Source: Thermodesulfobacteriota bacterium (lineage in GTDB: Bacteria; Desulfobacterota; WTBG01; JAGOGO01). Taken from it: a stretch of 32,000 nt of DNA. Below the pieces are notes generated by a model. The model saw only the letters and a list, made by a program, of their open reading frames with translations, ran no database searches and was not told the origin of the DNA. A program made the position numbers and the translations under genes. The stretch spans positions 765,622 through 797,621 of the forward strand of contig CP113000.1 of NCBI GenBank assembly GCA_026625185.1. Direction: 5' to 3'. Shown here one piece after another: positions 31,958-32,000 of this stretch; the first letter of the stretch is position 1, and every line of letters begins with the position of its first letter.

Positions 31958-32000
31958 CTTCCGGTTGGTGATTTAATGATCCCTTCGGTTCAGGTCGCTT

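Noticed and set aside
1-32000. CRISPR arrays, tRNA/rRNA genes, transposases/integrases, toxin-antitoxin pairs and known defence genes
   Set aside because: I looked for regularly spaced direct repeats, cloverleaf-like segments in every intergenic gap, and DDE, tyrosine or serine recombinase motifs in the ORF translations. I found none. The only repeats are the dispersed inverted-repeat families reported above.

Overview
This looks like a bacterial chromosomal segment, moderately AT-rich by eye. All calls rest on my reading of the supplied translations and the DNA; no searches were run. The gene content suggests an anaerobic, sulfur-metabolising organism (Desulfobacterota, Thermodesulfobacteriota or Nitrospirota type), but that is inference only.

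Housekeeping genes make up most of the window:
- A leuD 5' end and a B12-binding radical SAM gene.
- A PilZ protein and a UPF0173 hydrolase.
- GDP-mannose and GDP-fucose genes in two blocks: manC-manB, and DUF4301-gmd-fcl.
- An Hsp20 gene, then ileS-lspA-lgt followed by a YacP-like NYN gene.
- plsY and a MoaE-like gene.

The right half looks more accessory:
- A PAS/sigma-54 activator is divergent from a -24/-12 promoter. That promoter drives a NifX-like protein and a CoA-disulfide-reductase-rhodanese fusion.
- Next comes a decayed, repeat-riddled stretch. It holds an MBL hydrolase, two DUF364-type proteins, a CGGC protein, a gamma-carbonic-anhydrase-like protein and several gene remnants.
- An MFS transporter and a DsrMK-like membrane redox pair close the window.

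No rRNA, tRNA, CRISPR array, transposase or recognisable defence genes were seen.

Observations worth a second look:
1. An unannotated DUF2892/YgaP-like small membrane ORF has an in-frame TGA at the position of the family's conserved Cys. A GGUC-loop hairpin follows 11 nt later, so it is a candidate selenoprotein.
2. A dispersed roughly 110-140 nt inverted-repeat element has at least four copies here. Related junction motifs sit at the break points of truncated genes.
3. A second repeat family fills the manC-manB spacer as a nested composite.
4. The sigma-54 sulfur-redox module.
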